From positions 3,280,165-3,344,164 of the forward strand of contig CAJFCJ010000005.1 of the NCBI GenBank assembly GCA_904063045.1: a stretch of DNA of 64,000 nt, given 5' to 3'. Positions within the stretch are counted from its first letter, which is position 1. Every line of letters begins with the position of its first letter. Positions 23,188-36,018 of this stretch are shown here, one piece after another. The notes below the pieces were generated by a model that was given only the letters and a program-made list of their open reading frames with translations, did not search any database and had not been told where the DNA came from. This DNA is from Dimorphilus gyrociliatus. Taxonomy: Eukaryota > Animalia > Annelida. The translations under genes were made by a program, and so were the position numbers.

Positions 23188-26100
23188 TTATTTATTCTTT
23201 TCAAGAATGTGCAGGAACATTGCCTCCAAGCCTGTCCACGTTTCTTTTCCAGTTTGTTGAATTTGTTCGGGCGGGAGGAGAAAGCCGTACTTTCCCTTAT
23301 CTCGGAGTTCGACTGTATATACGTATCTGATTTTCGGTACACCTTTGGCCCAATCACGCGACGTTCCAGACGATCGATCTATTTTTAAATAAGCGATTGA
23401 CAATGGAAAAACTAAAAGTTTAATGGGTTGTCTGAATGGGATAAATGATTGATACTTGTCTTAACTCCTTGTATTTTATATTCAAATTTAATATAGTTCA
23501 TATAAATATCTATATTTAGGCTATGCATGTTATTTTATGCTTATTCAACTTTTATAATATATACAAGACGCCTTCACCATATCTTCCGACTCAAATAACA
23601 TTCTGAAGTACAGCACTCTACAACTATAATTTCTTTTTATGTAATAATAGACGATTCTTTTCAACTTGGACTATTAACTGATATCAAAAAGTGGAAAGTT
23701 TAAGCACTTTTGTAAAAATTCTAGCCTGGAACAAAAGATATAAATATCTTTTCGGTGAATTTTCTATGATTAAACGCTTTTTTATGCTAATGAATTAACC
23801 TCTTTTGTGAGAAATATAAAAACGGAATGAAAGGGAAAAAACTCCGCAATACTTACATAAGACATGGGAAGATGATCCATAAGTATAATGCGTTCCATAC
23901 AATCTTGAAATTGCTGATGTAGCTACTTTTGAAGCTTTCAACTAAAATGTGCAAGTTATTGATCAGCAATCACTATTACAAAAAATAAGATAAAGGCGAA
24001 ATTAAAACTTACCAGTTCGTCATAATTATCTGGGAAATTGTATGAATAACCCCATGGACTCATCCATAACTGACCGTACGAGTGTAAAGTTATGAACACT
24101 TGAAAAGAATTACCACCACCATTCTTCATTATATAATTAACTTCGTTCCTTGTTTCAATTTCTGAATGAGGCTTTGATCCACTATAAGTATCAGAGCATG
24201 GATCTGAGCTTGATCCAATAGCTAATGAAAACATATAGTTTAATATAAAACATTTAAAAGAAAAACATCTATCTGATGACGTACTTCCCCAACTATAATT
24301 GAAGTTTCTATTAATATCGGCTCCGATGCAGGAGTTACCTCTAACTTTTGATCTTGATTTTCTCCATAAACGATTCTTGAACAAGATATTGAAATTAATT
24401 TATTTCATTTTTAATTGAAACTAAATAGTAATTTACAGTTGTAAATGTGTATACGTAGCCATCCGGATTAACAATCGATAAAATGAAAATATCGTAGCTG
24501 CTTAATATGCGTCGAATATTCTTATTTCCATTTAAGAAACCATCTATTAGCGATTCTATAGAGAATAAAGCGACTGCGGGTGATATCCATTCCCTGGCAT
24601 GAATGCCAGCATCAATCCAGATTTTCTTTTTCTCTTTTTGACTTAAACTGTCTTCCCTTATCTAATTTTAAATAGTGATTAAATAGGCTGTTCTCTCGCC
24701 TCTTTCTTTATATAATGTTATATATAGTATATACATATCATTAGTTTAAATTGAAGTTTTTTCGTTTAACCTTAAATACCCAAATATCTCTTCCTTCGAA
24801 AGATTTACCGATACTTTCCAGATTACAGACTAAGTTTTTCGTACATTTTCTTGCTGTTCTTACCATCCATTCTTCTATCTAAATGGAGATTAGATTATAT
24901 TAATAGTTAATAAATTCTTTACTCTAATAAGTTAATGTATTAATCCACAAGAATTGTAATAATAAAAAGAATGAAGATTGACCTCGGAATATTCCAAATA
25001 TCTTTCAAAATTATAATTCTGATCAAGGAATTTATTCTTAGAAGTAGCTTTATGTGCATTCCAAAAAGCGTCTAATTTGACCTGAGCGTCGTCCTTATCG
25101 ATTGAGTATGGAATACCCAACCTATTCAATTCGTATCGTACAATTTCTCCCATTTCAGGTTTCAAACGGAGATTAACTCCCTGCGAAGTTTGTCCAATAT
25201 GATTCCAAAAATCAACATTCTCCAACTGGTATAAGTATCTTAAGTGATTATCGGAAGTGGGTCGAACAGTTAATATTTGATGACTGTTGGAAAAATTTTA
25301 TTATTTAATATAGGTTAAAGTAAGGTCTTAAGTAGCGCTTTATTTATTGACTGGAAGCCTATTTTATTGCCTTTTCTATTAAGTGTTTCTTAGGTCTTAC
25401 TTTATTAGAAATAAAAGAGATTCGACTACGTATAACAGTTTCTTAATATATATTTTAAGAACGTTATTTATCATGTAGTTCTTTTCTATTCGGACTAAGA
25501 TTATTAACTGAAAATATATTTGAGGGAGAGAGAAAGAGGACCGAAAAAATAATCTTTAATCTTCAATCTATGAAATCCCCTAAAGAGTGAATTTAATCAA
25601 TTAAAAGATTATTTTATTAACTTATAAACACAGCAAAATATCAAAACGTCAAATACTAAAATATCTAGCCTTTCTTTGTATGTTACTAAGTAAAAAAAGA
25701 AAATGCTATTACAATATTACGTCATGAAAGGCTTTTCCCTGAAGGTTTTGCAATGACTCTTTCTTTTTTTTTTTTACTGAAATTTACTTAAATTTTGTAT
25801 AAACATATGACTTTTCCCCTCTATCGTTCAACTTGAATATTTATAATAAATTTCCCTTATATATTTTAAAGATTATCTTTCATCATCTACCATTATAAAA
25901 AATCAAAAGGGAAAGAAAGTAACTTAAATTGAATATATCAGAATTGCTAATTAAACTAAAAGAACCCAAAGATTTAAATATCTTTCTATTGGATAAAGTT
26001 TATCGATTTACATGTTCTCTTTCTCTTTCAAATTTACACTACTATTCTCTCTATGATTATTACAGAAAAAAACATCGCGATAGTACGTATTAACTTACAT

Positions 26101-26419
26101 TTTTTGAACAATTATGAACAGTCATAATAACCCTTAATTTTGTCTATATTCAATCGATTTATTAGGTATGATATCAACTTTCGATAATGGTATGACTAAG
26201 AGTATTAAAAGAGTTTCTAATTAGTTTTCGGTGTGTTCGTAAAAGGACATGAGAGTATTGGAAAGAAGAGAGAAGTTCGCTATTTACCTCCGGCTGTTAT
26301 AGCTAAATATCAGATATAATAATTATTATAAGATTGTATACCTACCCATCGAAACGCTCTTCTGCCGACGACCAAATAGTCAAATATGTAATAAAAGGAA
26401 CAGCAAATACAATCTTCAT
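23188..26419 (-). CDS. Secreted M14A metallocarboxypeptidase (CPA/CPB/CPO family) with signal peptide and activation prodomain
   Basis: Exon 1 (26419-26346) MKIVFAVPFITYLTIWSSAEERFDG joins HQILTV in phase 2. Zn ligands DAGIHAREW and TLHSYGQ; RLWRKSR, DINRNF, Y-RSSGTSRDW and catalytic VELRD. Confidence 0.93.
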
Positions 26420-27956
26420 CTTATCCATTTATCCCTCAGCTTATTTTCTTCTTTTTTTTACAGTTTTACTCCTTCAAAATTTTCTTTCTCCTCCTTCCCC
26501 CTCTCTTTTCGTTTTGTATTTTCTGCTAGTAATCTTCTTTCGCCTTATTCCATTCACATATTTCAACGTCACTAGTACTACTACTCCACTATGGAAAATC
26601 GAGTAAGAAAACTATCGCTTTCTCCAGGTGGCGTTCTCCTCCTTCTCCAACATGAATTATGCATAAACAGTTTTAAGTTTATCTGTACAAATTTTGGCGC
26701 ATTGAGCTTAATAAAAAGACTATGTAAGAAATGGCATAGATTATTTAAGCCTATTTTTTAAAAATTAATATTTAGCTCATAACTTAAACATTAACTTAAT
26801 GATAAACTCTGAATATATACAGTATACTGTTTAGAAATATTTTTACTCTTTGTATATATACAGTATAAATTTATATATATATATATAAGTAAATTTTAAA
26901 TGCAATTTTACTGCTAAAGAGTCTAATTAGCGTCATATTCATCAAACTAAGGTACCAGAGGAGTATACTTTCTGCTAATGAATCATAAATTGATTTTTCT
27001 CCTAATTTAGTCTTGAATAAATACAACGATACTTAAATATGCCGGAGTGATGGTAAAACAAACTAATTTACATCGGCGTAGCCTAAAACTAGACGCCTAG
27101 CTAAAAATTAGTCAAAACAAAAAGAGAAAAAAAATAAATTCCTCTTTTTTTTTTATCCTGTAACAGCGTTGTTGTGTTACTACTCTAAGTCACACAGTTT
27201 GTGCTATTTTTTTTCTTAATGCTACAATCATCAGGATAGGAACAGGTGGAAGGAAGGATGAAGGGAAGAGAGATATAGAATATCTAAAATCTTTTTGATT
27301 TCTTATCCTTAATCACGTTAAACTAACTTTTGTGAAAAATATTATACATATATAGTATTCTTTTATTCGTATATATACTGTATATTCTATCTCCTCCCTG
27401 ACATAAAGCATAAACAAAATTTTCTTCAGCTTTAAAAACCTTATCTAATATATTTAATACTTTTAAAAGGATTTTCATTAGATTCGCTATTGTTGTTTAT
27501 TAATATTGCTAATAATCCATTTTTTCTAGCAGAATATACGCCTAATTGTTTATTAATTTATAGACTGAGTAGTTTGTTGATATTGCTAAAATATTTTTTA
27601 TTCATTTAAATTAGTGGCAAAGGAGTAAAATATAAATTTTACCAGTTTTCTTTACGAATAAAAAACAAAATGGAGTAGTTGGACAACATACATCATATCT
27701 ACGTAGAGATCATTTTCATTAGTATACAACATATCAATTGTTGATTTAATGAAATAATTGAAAAATCTGAATCGTTTACATACAATTTACAAAAGCAGAT
27801 GTAAACTAAGAAGAAAAGCTTAAGATTTGTAAGTATTTAATCAATGTACTTTCACCAACCAAATTCTTCTGGAATTTACTATTTATAAAAGTTCTTAGGG
27901 GCACATAGTTGGAAAATTTCAGTTCATTTCCGCGAAATCTTTAACCGCCTTAAGAA

Positions 27957-28736
27957 ATGAGTAGTGTTATGGAAAAGGATGGATTTACACTTGTAAAGAA
28001 AGGCCGAAAGCATAAAAGAAAATATAAGCCAATCCCAGCAGATATTTCAGCTCAAGAACTAGACGAATTGGAAATAAAGAAATTTCTCGAAAATTTTACT
28101 CATTGTCTTATTGAAATGGAACAAAGCGAATTATTACACTTTATCAAATCGAAATACGAGAAAAATGACGTTGAAATGATAGAAAAAATAGAATGTTTAG
28201 GATTAGGATCAATAACAAATAATAAACAAGCTAGATCTCAACTGGCTCTACTCGTTCAATTAAAGTTATTTTTTAACTGTCCAGTTCTAGCCTATGATCC
28301 CATTTTTACCGAAGCTGATAAGATAGTGTTATCAGAGTTTAATATTCTTGTTGACGAAGAAAATACAGAAGGTATGAAGGAGACGACTGGAAAAACACTC
28401 TTCTTCATGCCCCATTGCTCGAAACCTCTCGTAAACAACATACTTTACTCGAATTGGTCGAGAAAACTACTTGGGAATGTGCAAATATTCGGGAATTCAT
28501 TCGAAAATATGATTGTTCGACACACGTTTCAAGATATGGAAAAATATGCTGGATACGTACTATTGTCACAGAAATTTGTTAAAGAAATTTCGATTCCTAA
28601 CAATATAATCATCGATAACGTTTTCAACGATACATCATTACACTACTTCGATAATATTGATAAATTAAATGTATCATTTTCCAAAGCTATCCAACCTATA
28701 TATGATAATGATGAATTAGACTTTATAAAGAAGTGA
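27957..28736 (+). CDS. SRRD: SRR1-like protein, intronless CDS
   Basis: CLGLGS...ARSQLALL, YDPIFTEAD, TLFFMPHC..L.NNILYSNW, GNSF: the SRR1 domain pattern. Confidence 0.88.
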   Translation: MSSVMEKDGFTLVKKGRKHKRKYKPIPADISAQELDELEIKKFLENFTHCLIEMEQSELLHFIKSKYEKNDVEMIEKIECLGLGSITNNKQARSQLALLVQLKLFFNCPVLAYDPIFTEADKIVLSEFNILVDEENTEGMKETTGKTLFFMPHCSKPLVNNILYSNWSRKLLGNVQIFGNSFENMIVRHTFQDMEKYAGYVLLSQKFVKEISIPNNIIIDNVFNDTSLHYFDNIDKLNVSFSKAIQPIYDNDELDFIKK

Positions 28737-28769
28737 AATTGTATGCTCTATATTTTCAGATATTCAACA

Positions 28770-29102
28770 ATGACTACATCCGACAATGCAAGCTGTTATT
28801 GTTGTGTTGATAATATGAAAAAACAAGACGACGATGATCTTCATTTAAATAAGGCTTTGGATGAACTTGGTATGCTTTCAACATCCGTTAAAGATAAACG
28901 CGATTATATAAAGAAAGTGGAACGAAGCGAATCCAAAATATGTTTACTAATTAAAAAAGAAGAGTCAATTGTTACGGGCAGAAAAATGAGAAGACAGCGT
29001 GTACACTTTCAAATAGAACCTTATCCAACTCGATCTTCCAAAACAAAGATTGAAGATAAACTTAAATCGCTAAGTTTAAGTGACACTGACAAAAAAAACT
29101 GA
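28770..29102 (+). CDS. Small unknown protein (110 aa) with an RVxF-like motif
   Basis: Open frame MTTSDNASCYCC...RRQRVHFQ...DKKN, preceded by a TTTTCAG acceptor at 28753-28759 and followed by a pyrimidine/AT-rich 3' region. No family recognised. Confidence 0.55.
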   Translation: MTTSDNASCYCCVDNMKKQDDDDLHLNKALDELGMLSTSVKDKRDYIKKVERSESKICLLIKKEESIVTGRKMRRQRVHFQIEPYPTRSSKTKIEDKLKSLSLSDTDKKN

Positions 29103-29557
29103 AAATAATAATTCTGAAAACGAACTGAAGGTTTTTCTTGTTTATTCTTTTTTTAATATTGTTAATCAACCTCTAATGGGTTTTATCTCATTGTTTATTT
29201 TTTCTCTCTTCCATTCTCTTCTCTATCACAATGGTCAGATACAATTGTAAATTATTTATTTAAATATCATATTTATAGCTAATTATGTCATGTCGAAAAT
29301 GAATATCTATGTGCTCGTTCGTTCCGAAATCATTTGTGAAACAAAAAACTAGCTTTCAGAGCTATCTCGTTGTTGTCATATCGAATATAAACAATAGATG
29401 TCACTATACATCTTTAGCCATATTCCAATTATTCTATACGTAAACGAACATACCGGAAGTAAACATTTACTACTCGTGATGAATTTAAAAAAGATGAGCT
29501 AAACTGGCTTTAAACATTAAATACTTTGTAGCTCAACTCGTACCTTCAGTGAACGAA

Positions 29558-30408
29558 ATGGAGTTTATAAAAACACCAAAGGTTAGTCGAAACATTATTT
29601 AGGACAAAATCTATTTGCAAATTATATTGTAAAATCTAGGGAGGAGATAAATGTCAGCAGATTTATCACTTTTTTAAAATAAAAGCAATACGCCAGCCAT
29701 TGACAAAGATATTAGAACGTATTAATGACCAAGTTAATCACAAATCTGCTGATGATTACATTAAAGCACGCCCCCTAATTAATTCTATGTCTGAAAAATC
29801 ACAACACAATAGATGGCAGTAAGATGCCGTTGCAGTCTCGATTGCAGAGCCAAGCGGCTTTTTAAGTCTTGCTGGGCGATGAGTAGCGATGCAAAATTTG
29901 CAGTGAGAGCACTTATGAATAACGCACACGTTCAGAGAGCAATAAATGCTATCAAAAATGGTACAATTCAGGATATCATGCCTCTTCAAGAAATTTGGAT
30001 ATTTGAAGATGGAACTTTGAAGGTTTTAGCTAGTTTAAATAAAGAAAAAACTACTAATATATGTATACTATATTAAAATTTAGGTTTAAGATTGATAATA
30101 AAAGATAGAGAGTGAGAGAGAGAGAGTGAGAAAAAGACAGAAAGAGATAGAGAATGAGAGAATAAATGAAAAAATTAGGAAAAAACAACTTTTTATTTAT
30201 ATAGTAAAGAATCTAATCAGACTGCTATTCGGAAGATGTCATCTAAGTAGTGAAAAAAACTTTTTTCTCTAACTCTTTTCAACGCATGATTTTCTAAGGC
30301 CGAATAAAAAGTAGGCCTGAAAACTCTTCAATACTTGATAAAATTTTCTCAATAGACTATCTACATACGCTGAAAAGAGGCCAAATTAATTGATTATTCT
30401 TTCGAAAT

Positions 30409-30478
<70 letters not shown>

Positions 30479-33400
30479 ATAGTGAGTGTTTTACTTAAGA
30501 GGAACTGTACGAAAATTACTTCCAATAGCATTAATAGTTAAAACAATAATATTAACTGTTTCATTCCTCAATTGGAGTAATAGCCTATTTCTTACAAAGA
30601 TCGCTATATCATCTATAATTTCTTCGATTTTTTTTAACGTTTATTATTAAAAATGTCAGAAAATGATGAAAAATCTTTAGATCTTGCTACCAAGTGGCAT
30701 TTAGAATTACCAATTTTGGTTTGTTTCCTATTAATATATTAAGAGAAAAAAATAAAATAAACATTAATAAGTGTGTTTATAAAGGGTTGATGTATAATGT
30801 AATATTGATAAGCGTTGGATAGATAAACCCCTTATATCGATTTAACATTAACCGTATAGAGAAAGAATCATAAATGGGAGGAGACAGAGAGAGACAGTGA
30901 TATTAATGCACATCCTATATATATATATTCTCTATATTTATATTACCACACAATATATAGTAATAAGCATAATAAACGCCATTCTATTCGTTTTTCTTTT
31001 AAATAAGTTATTTTGTTTATCACTCTTTATAAATTATTAAATCATTTTCCTATGTTATTATTTTTCATATTTTCTAGGTTGATAATGTCAAACTTATTGA
31101 CGGTGTTAAGAACAAAAATCTGCAAAACTCTCCAGTTGGAACTCTTTATCTAACAGCAACGCACTTAATTTTTGTTGACTGCACAGGAAAGAAGGAAACA
31201 TGGGTAAGTAGAGAAAGAAAAAGGAAAATAATATTTTCTTTCTTTACATTTAGTTATATCTTTGTTCTATTTTTAATTATTAGTAGAATTCCTTTATATA
31301 TACCTTCCCTTGTATTTCTTTTTTATCATCTAACGAGTGGGCAGTAACGTCTACTTTGTACCTATAGATGTATATATATACATATATATATACTTAAACT
31401 CATATACATTGTAAATATTTTTCTGTGCTATATAGTTCACTTTATTTTATTTTAAGGAGATAAAACGGCATCAGATGCCTATTAATTAAAACTTTAGTAC
31501 CTCTTAGTCTTTGCAATTAAATAGACGTTTTTAAGGTATTTTTGTTTAATATATGCTTTTGAGATGAAGAAATATAAATATACTTAAATAAGCAAATAAA
31601 TAATTAATGATGATATTTTTTGACAGATTTTGCATATGCACGTTTCGAGCGTTAGTAAACAGTCACTGAGCACTACTGGATGCCCATTGGTTATCCGTTG
31701 CAAAACCTTTCAAGTCGTCACATTCATCATTCCGAAAGAAAGAGATTGCCACGATATTTACACTTCTCTCCTTAAACTTTCTAAACCCGGTAAGTAAGAA
31801 TCAGAGAAAAAATTGTGAAGAAATTGAGATAGAAATGGAAACATATAAATGTAGATAGAGATCGAGATAGAAATAGGGTGGGGAATTGAAAGAAAGATAT
31901 CGAAGAAAGGGAGAAAAATAGTAGGAAATAACAACTATTCGACCCAAAATACGCTTACTAGTGCATTAAACCTGTTTAATTAATTTACTCTATAACTTCT
32001 CTATCTTAAGAGAAAAGAGGGTAAAATTGTTCTCTAAAGCGGAAATGTAAGAAAGTGTTAGAGGTACTTGGTGCGTGTTAAGTTAAGAAGAAGGTTGTCG
32101 TTATTTTCTTTCCTGCTTTGGGAATACATTCTGAGAGGGCGCCTTCTTTCCTAATTTGTTTCGAAGTCAGCTGTCTCGGTCGTTAATAAAAAGAAAATAT
32201 GGAAATAAAATTCCCTTTCCCTTTACCAGTTTTGTAATTTGTACACGTAGTGGCGTTTGATGGTCTGGAAAAAAATTTTATACTATGCCTTCCTACCCCT
32301 GTCTCAATCTATCTATCTCCCTATCTCGTCTACATTCCATTACTTGCCTAAATATATATATGGCATACATACATACTGTCTCCCATTCTCTCTCTCTCTC
32401 TCTCTCTCTATCTCTATCTCTTTTCCTCAATATAAAATCATTAAATCTTTTAATAGGTTTTTATTTATCTAATCTTTGTTTATTCCCTCAACAAAACAAA
32501 TATTCGACAACAACCACAACAAAAATAACAACAGCCGAATATTCTCAGTTGTTTGCCTTCCACTATACACCATCTAATGATTTGGCAAACGAATCGAAAA
32601 CGATTGGATGGGACGCGATCGATTTACGGAGCGAATATTTGCGAATGGGAGTACCGAATAAGAACTGGATCGAATACGATGTAAGCGTAAACCAAAGTAA
32701 ATTATATGGGAAATTTTTCAATTTTTCTTTTTCTTTGTCTCTTCCATCACTTCCTTACCGACTCCGCAACTACTTTTACCTCATATCCATACTATAAATA
32801 GCAAACTAATGACTACGAACTGTGCGATACATATCCAAGATTCTTGTACATGCCATCAGGCGTTTCTAAAACGCTTATAAAAGGAACGTCCAAGTTTAGA
32901 AGTCGAGGACGCTTGCCAGTTTTATCCTATCTACATGTCGATCAAAGCCAATCGTTAGCCGCTATTTGTAGGTGTGCTCAACCACTTTCGGGCTTAACGG
33001 CTAGATGCAATGAAGACGAAGATTTCCTACAGTGTATTATTACAGCAAATCCTAATTCGAATTGCATGTACGTTGTGGATAATAGGCCGATGGTAAGTGT
33101 ACTTTCCCTCTTTTTATCTATTATATTTTTCATATTTATATAAAAGTACAAGTGAAAAATTCCTTATCAAATTTCTCTTTTTTTTATTTTCCTTGTAAAG
33201 AATACAATCATTGATCTTTAATTTATTCTCTTAGATTAACGCTCTTGCTAACCGCGCCAAGGGAAAAGGATACGAAAACGAAAGCAATTATCAGAATATC
33301 AAATTTCATTTTGCGGGTATTGAAAATATTCATGTAATGAGAAATTCTTTAAATTCTCTTAGAGAAGGTATATGATCTATTATTAATAGTTTACTTAATA

Positions 33401-35374
33401 TATCTACATATTCTGTTTCATACATATTTATAGCTTGTGAGAAGAACCTATCTATGAGTGGTTGGTTGAAAGCACTAAAGGAAAGCGGCTGGCTTAAGCA
33501 CGTGAAAGATGTCCTTGACGCTTCGAAATTTGTTGCCGACGCTATAAAATCTGGAACAAGCGTTCTAGTTCACTGCTCAGATGGCTGGGATAGAACAGCT
33601 CAAACCTGCGCATTGGCCAGTCTTATTTTAGATCCTTATTATAGGACTATAGAAGGTTTCCAAGTAAGAATGAATACGCTCTGGCTTATTTAATCTATAA
33701 ATATCTTTTTACAAAAAAGAACCTTTAACCCTTCTCCCATTTTCCTTCTCTACCTATAGGCCTTAATCTACAAAGAATGGATATCATTTGGCCATAAATT
33801 TGCAGACCGTTGCGGCCATTTATTCTCGAATGATTCAAATGAGGTTTCGCCAGTCTTCTCACAATTTTTAGATTGTACTTGGCAATTACTCAATCAATTT
33901 CCTTATGCCTTTCAAGTATAAATTTACTTTATTTAATATTAGTATAAATTTATTATTATTTTAAATAAGATTCACTTAATTAGCTAGTTATTCTATTTAG
34001 TTGCTTTATATTCATTAATTCTCTTATTGTCTTTCTCTTTCAACAGTTTAACGAACGTCTTTTATTCGAGTTACATGATCATGCATATTCCTGTCAATTT
34101 GGAACATTTATAGGGAATTGTGAGAAAGATCGGATTGATTTAAGACTCAGAGAGAAGACTTATTCGCTATGGAGCGAGATTCGTAGCAAATTTAACGATT
34201 TCATAAATCCGTTTTACGAGAAAGAACATGAAACGTGTCTGGAATTACGTGCTCTTAAGCCAGATACTTCTCCATCTGTAATAAAGTAAGATTGATAATA
34301 AATAGACACAATTTAGCCTCTTATCCCATTCCGATTAATACCTCTTCTCCGTATTCGTTACTTTCTTCTTTTTCTCTTTTTATAAGTAATTTACTAATGT
34401 AAATAATATATAATATGTATAGATTTTGGAAGGAACTTTATCTTCGATATGATTTTGGAGCACAACCGAGAGAAAGCGTATCGGATACTGTTAGCACCCT
34501 GAAAGATCATATTATATCTTTAAAAGTTTGTTATCTTTAACACTCATAAATGAGCATATAATCAAGTATTTATATACTTAAACTTTCCCCTAGGAGCACG
34601 CCAATCTTTTAGAAAATCGTATTGGAACACTTTGTCGCTTATTAAATAAAGAAGAGGAAACAGTCAAGGCTTCCATATCTATGATTTCTTCGTCAGAATC
34701 AATGGATTTCAGTACATTGCAGGTCATATTATATAGAATTAACCGCTGTGCAACACGACTATATAATTATACGTATAAACTCAATTATTACTCTTTCCTT
34801 TTTTTTCAACATATAGATATTAGACGATACCATCACTAGTCCTACATCATCATCTGTAACTAGTCCTGGCGATAACGAATCTGGATTTGAGGATTCTTCA
34901 ATTAGTCGCTCATCTTCATTCGATTGTTTGCAAGTAATATATACTATTTATCTATCAATCTCTCTCTCTCGTCCAATCATTTTCTACTCTTGAATTTATT
35001 TTCCTTTTTGTCTATTCAGGTAGGAAATTTAATACAAGAATTGCGTTCCGTTGCGGTCGACTGGAAATCATTACGGAATACGAATTGTAATAGTTGCTCA
35101 ATACCATTTCAGCATGGTAGTAAAAAAGTTAGTATACACATACAGTATATTATTATATATAGTTTATTTAATATTTATTTTATCATTGCTATAGAATCAT
35201 TGTTGGCGTTGTGGAGGATTGTTTTGCAATCGTTGCGTTACAAGAAATATTAGCTTACCCGGTCACGCAACTCAAACTTTAGTTCCAGTTTGTAAAGGAT
35301 GCTCTAAGCAGCTAAGACAAACGAAAAGTTTAAACGATATACCAATAACGGTACCTTCCGAACAGCCATTGTAA
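29558..35374 (+). CDS. Myotubularin-related phosphatase of the MTMR6/7/8 group with a C-terminal FYVE-like domain
   Basis: Exon 1 MEFIKTPK (29558-29581) joins VDNVKLID...GTLYLTATHLIF (31078). PH-GRAM, FRSRGRLPVL, catalytic VHCSDGWDRT, KEWISFGHKF, then a C..C/HCW.CG..FC..C/PVC..C zinc finger; stop at 35372-35374. Confidence 0.94.
30413..30474. repeat. (TA)31 microsatellite in the first MTMR intron
   Basis: Uninterrupted TA run of about 62 bp. Confidence 0.95.
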
Positions 35375-36018
35375 TATATATTCTTCATACCTGCAGTATG
35401 TGTACTCAATTCGTACGGCATGACTGGGAGTTTTAACGGATTGATTGGCGTTTATTTTAATATTTTTTTTTCTTTTCTTCTTTTTTTTTACTGCATGTTT
35501 TTCTTTGCCAATTACTTCTCTTCCTATTCTTTATTTTACATTAATTATGATAATAAGGAAATTGAATAGGCAAGAGAAAGGATTGATTTATTAGTCTTTA
35601 TCTATAATTTTTCTCTTTTTTTTAAAAAAAAAAAGGATCATATTAATAATAAAGAGTTTTTTTTCTCTTTTTCTTTCTACTATTCATTTTTCTTTTTATT
35701 ATTATTCTTCTCCTTTAATTCGTCCATTACCTATCTCGTCTCTATTCACCCTAATCTCATCTTTGTCCTTACTATTTCCCTATATACCTTGTAGCTTATT
35801 ATTAAATGTTGGTTGTTTCTTTTTTTTGTAAAGAATCTTGTCATAATTGATAAGCTTTTATGACTTTTCAACCAAAATATGAAAACAAAGAATAAAGAAA
35901 CATGGATAGAATTTGTTCGTTTTTATTAAATATTGTATTTAGTCATTGAAAAAGAGGAAGAGATAATTTAATAATGATGCAGAAAGATATAATCTTTTAG
36001 GATCGTTTCTTATCGTGT

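Noticed and set aside
26334-26606. Hydrophobic plus-strand 90-aa ORF
   Set aside because: Antisense to carboxypeptidase exon 1 plus pyrimidine-rich upstream DNA.
28733-28759. 27-nt intron that would fuse SRR1 to the next ORF
   Set aside because: Much shorter than any intron supported in this window (about 45-50 nt minimum).
32257-32797. Overlapping ORFs with SLSLSL runs
   Set aside because: Intronic (CT)n microsatellite read into an MTMR exon; only about 32545-32680 is coding.
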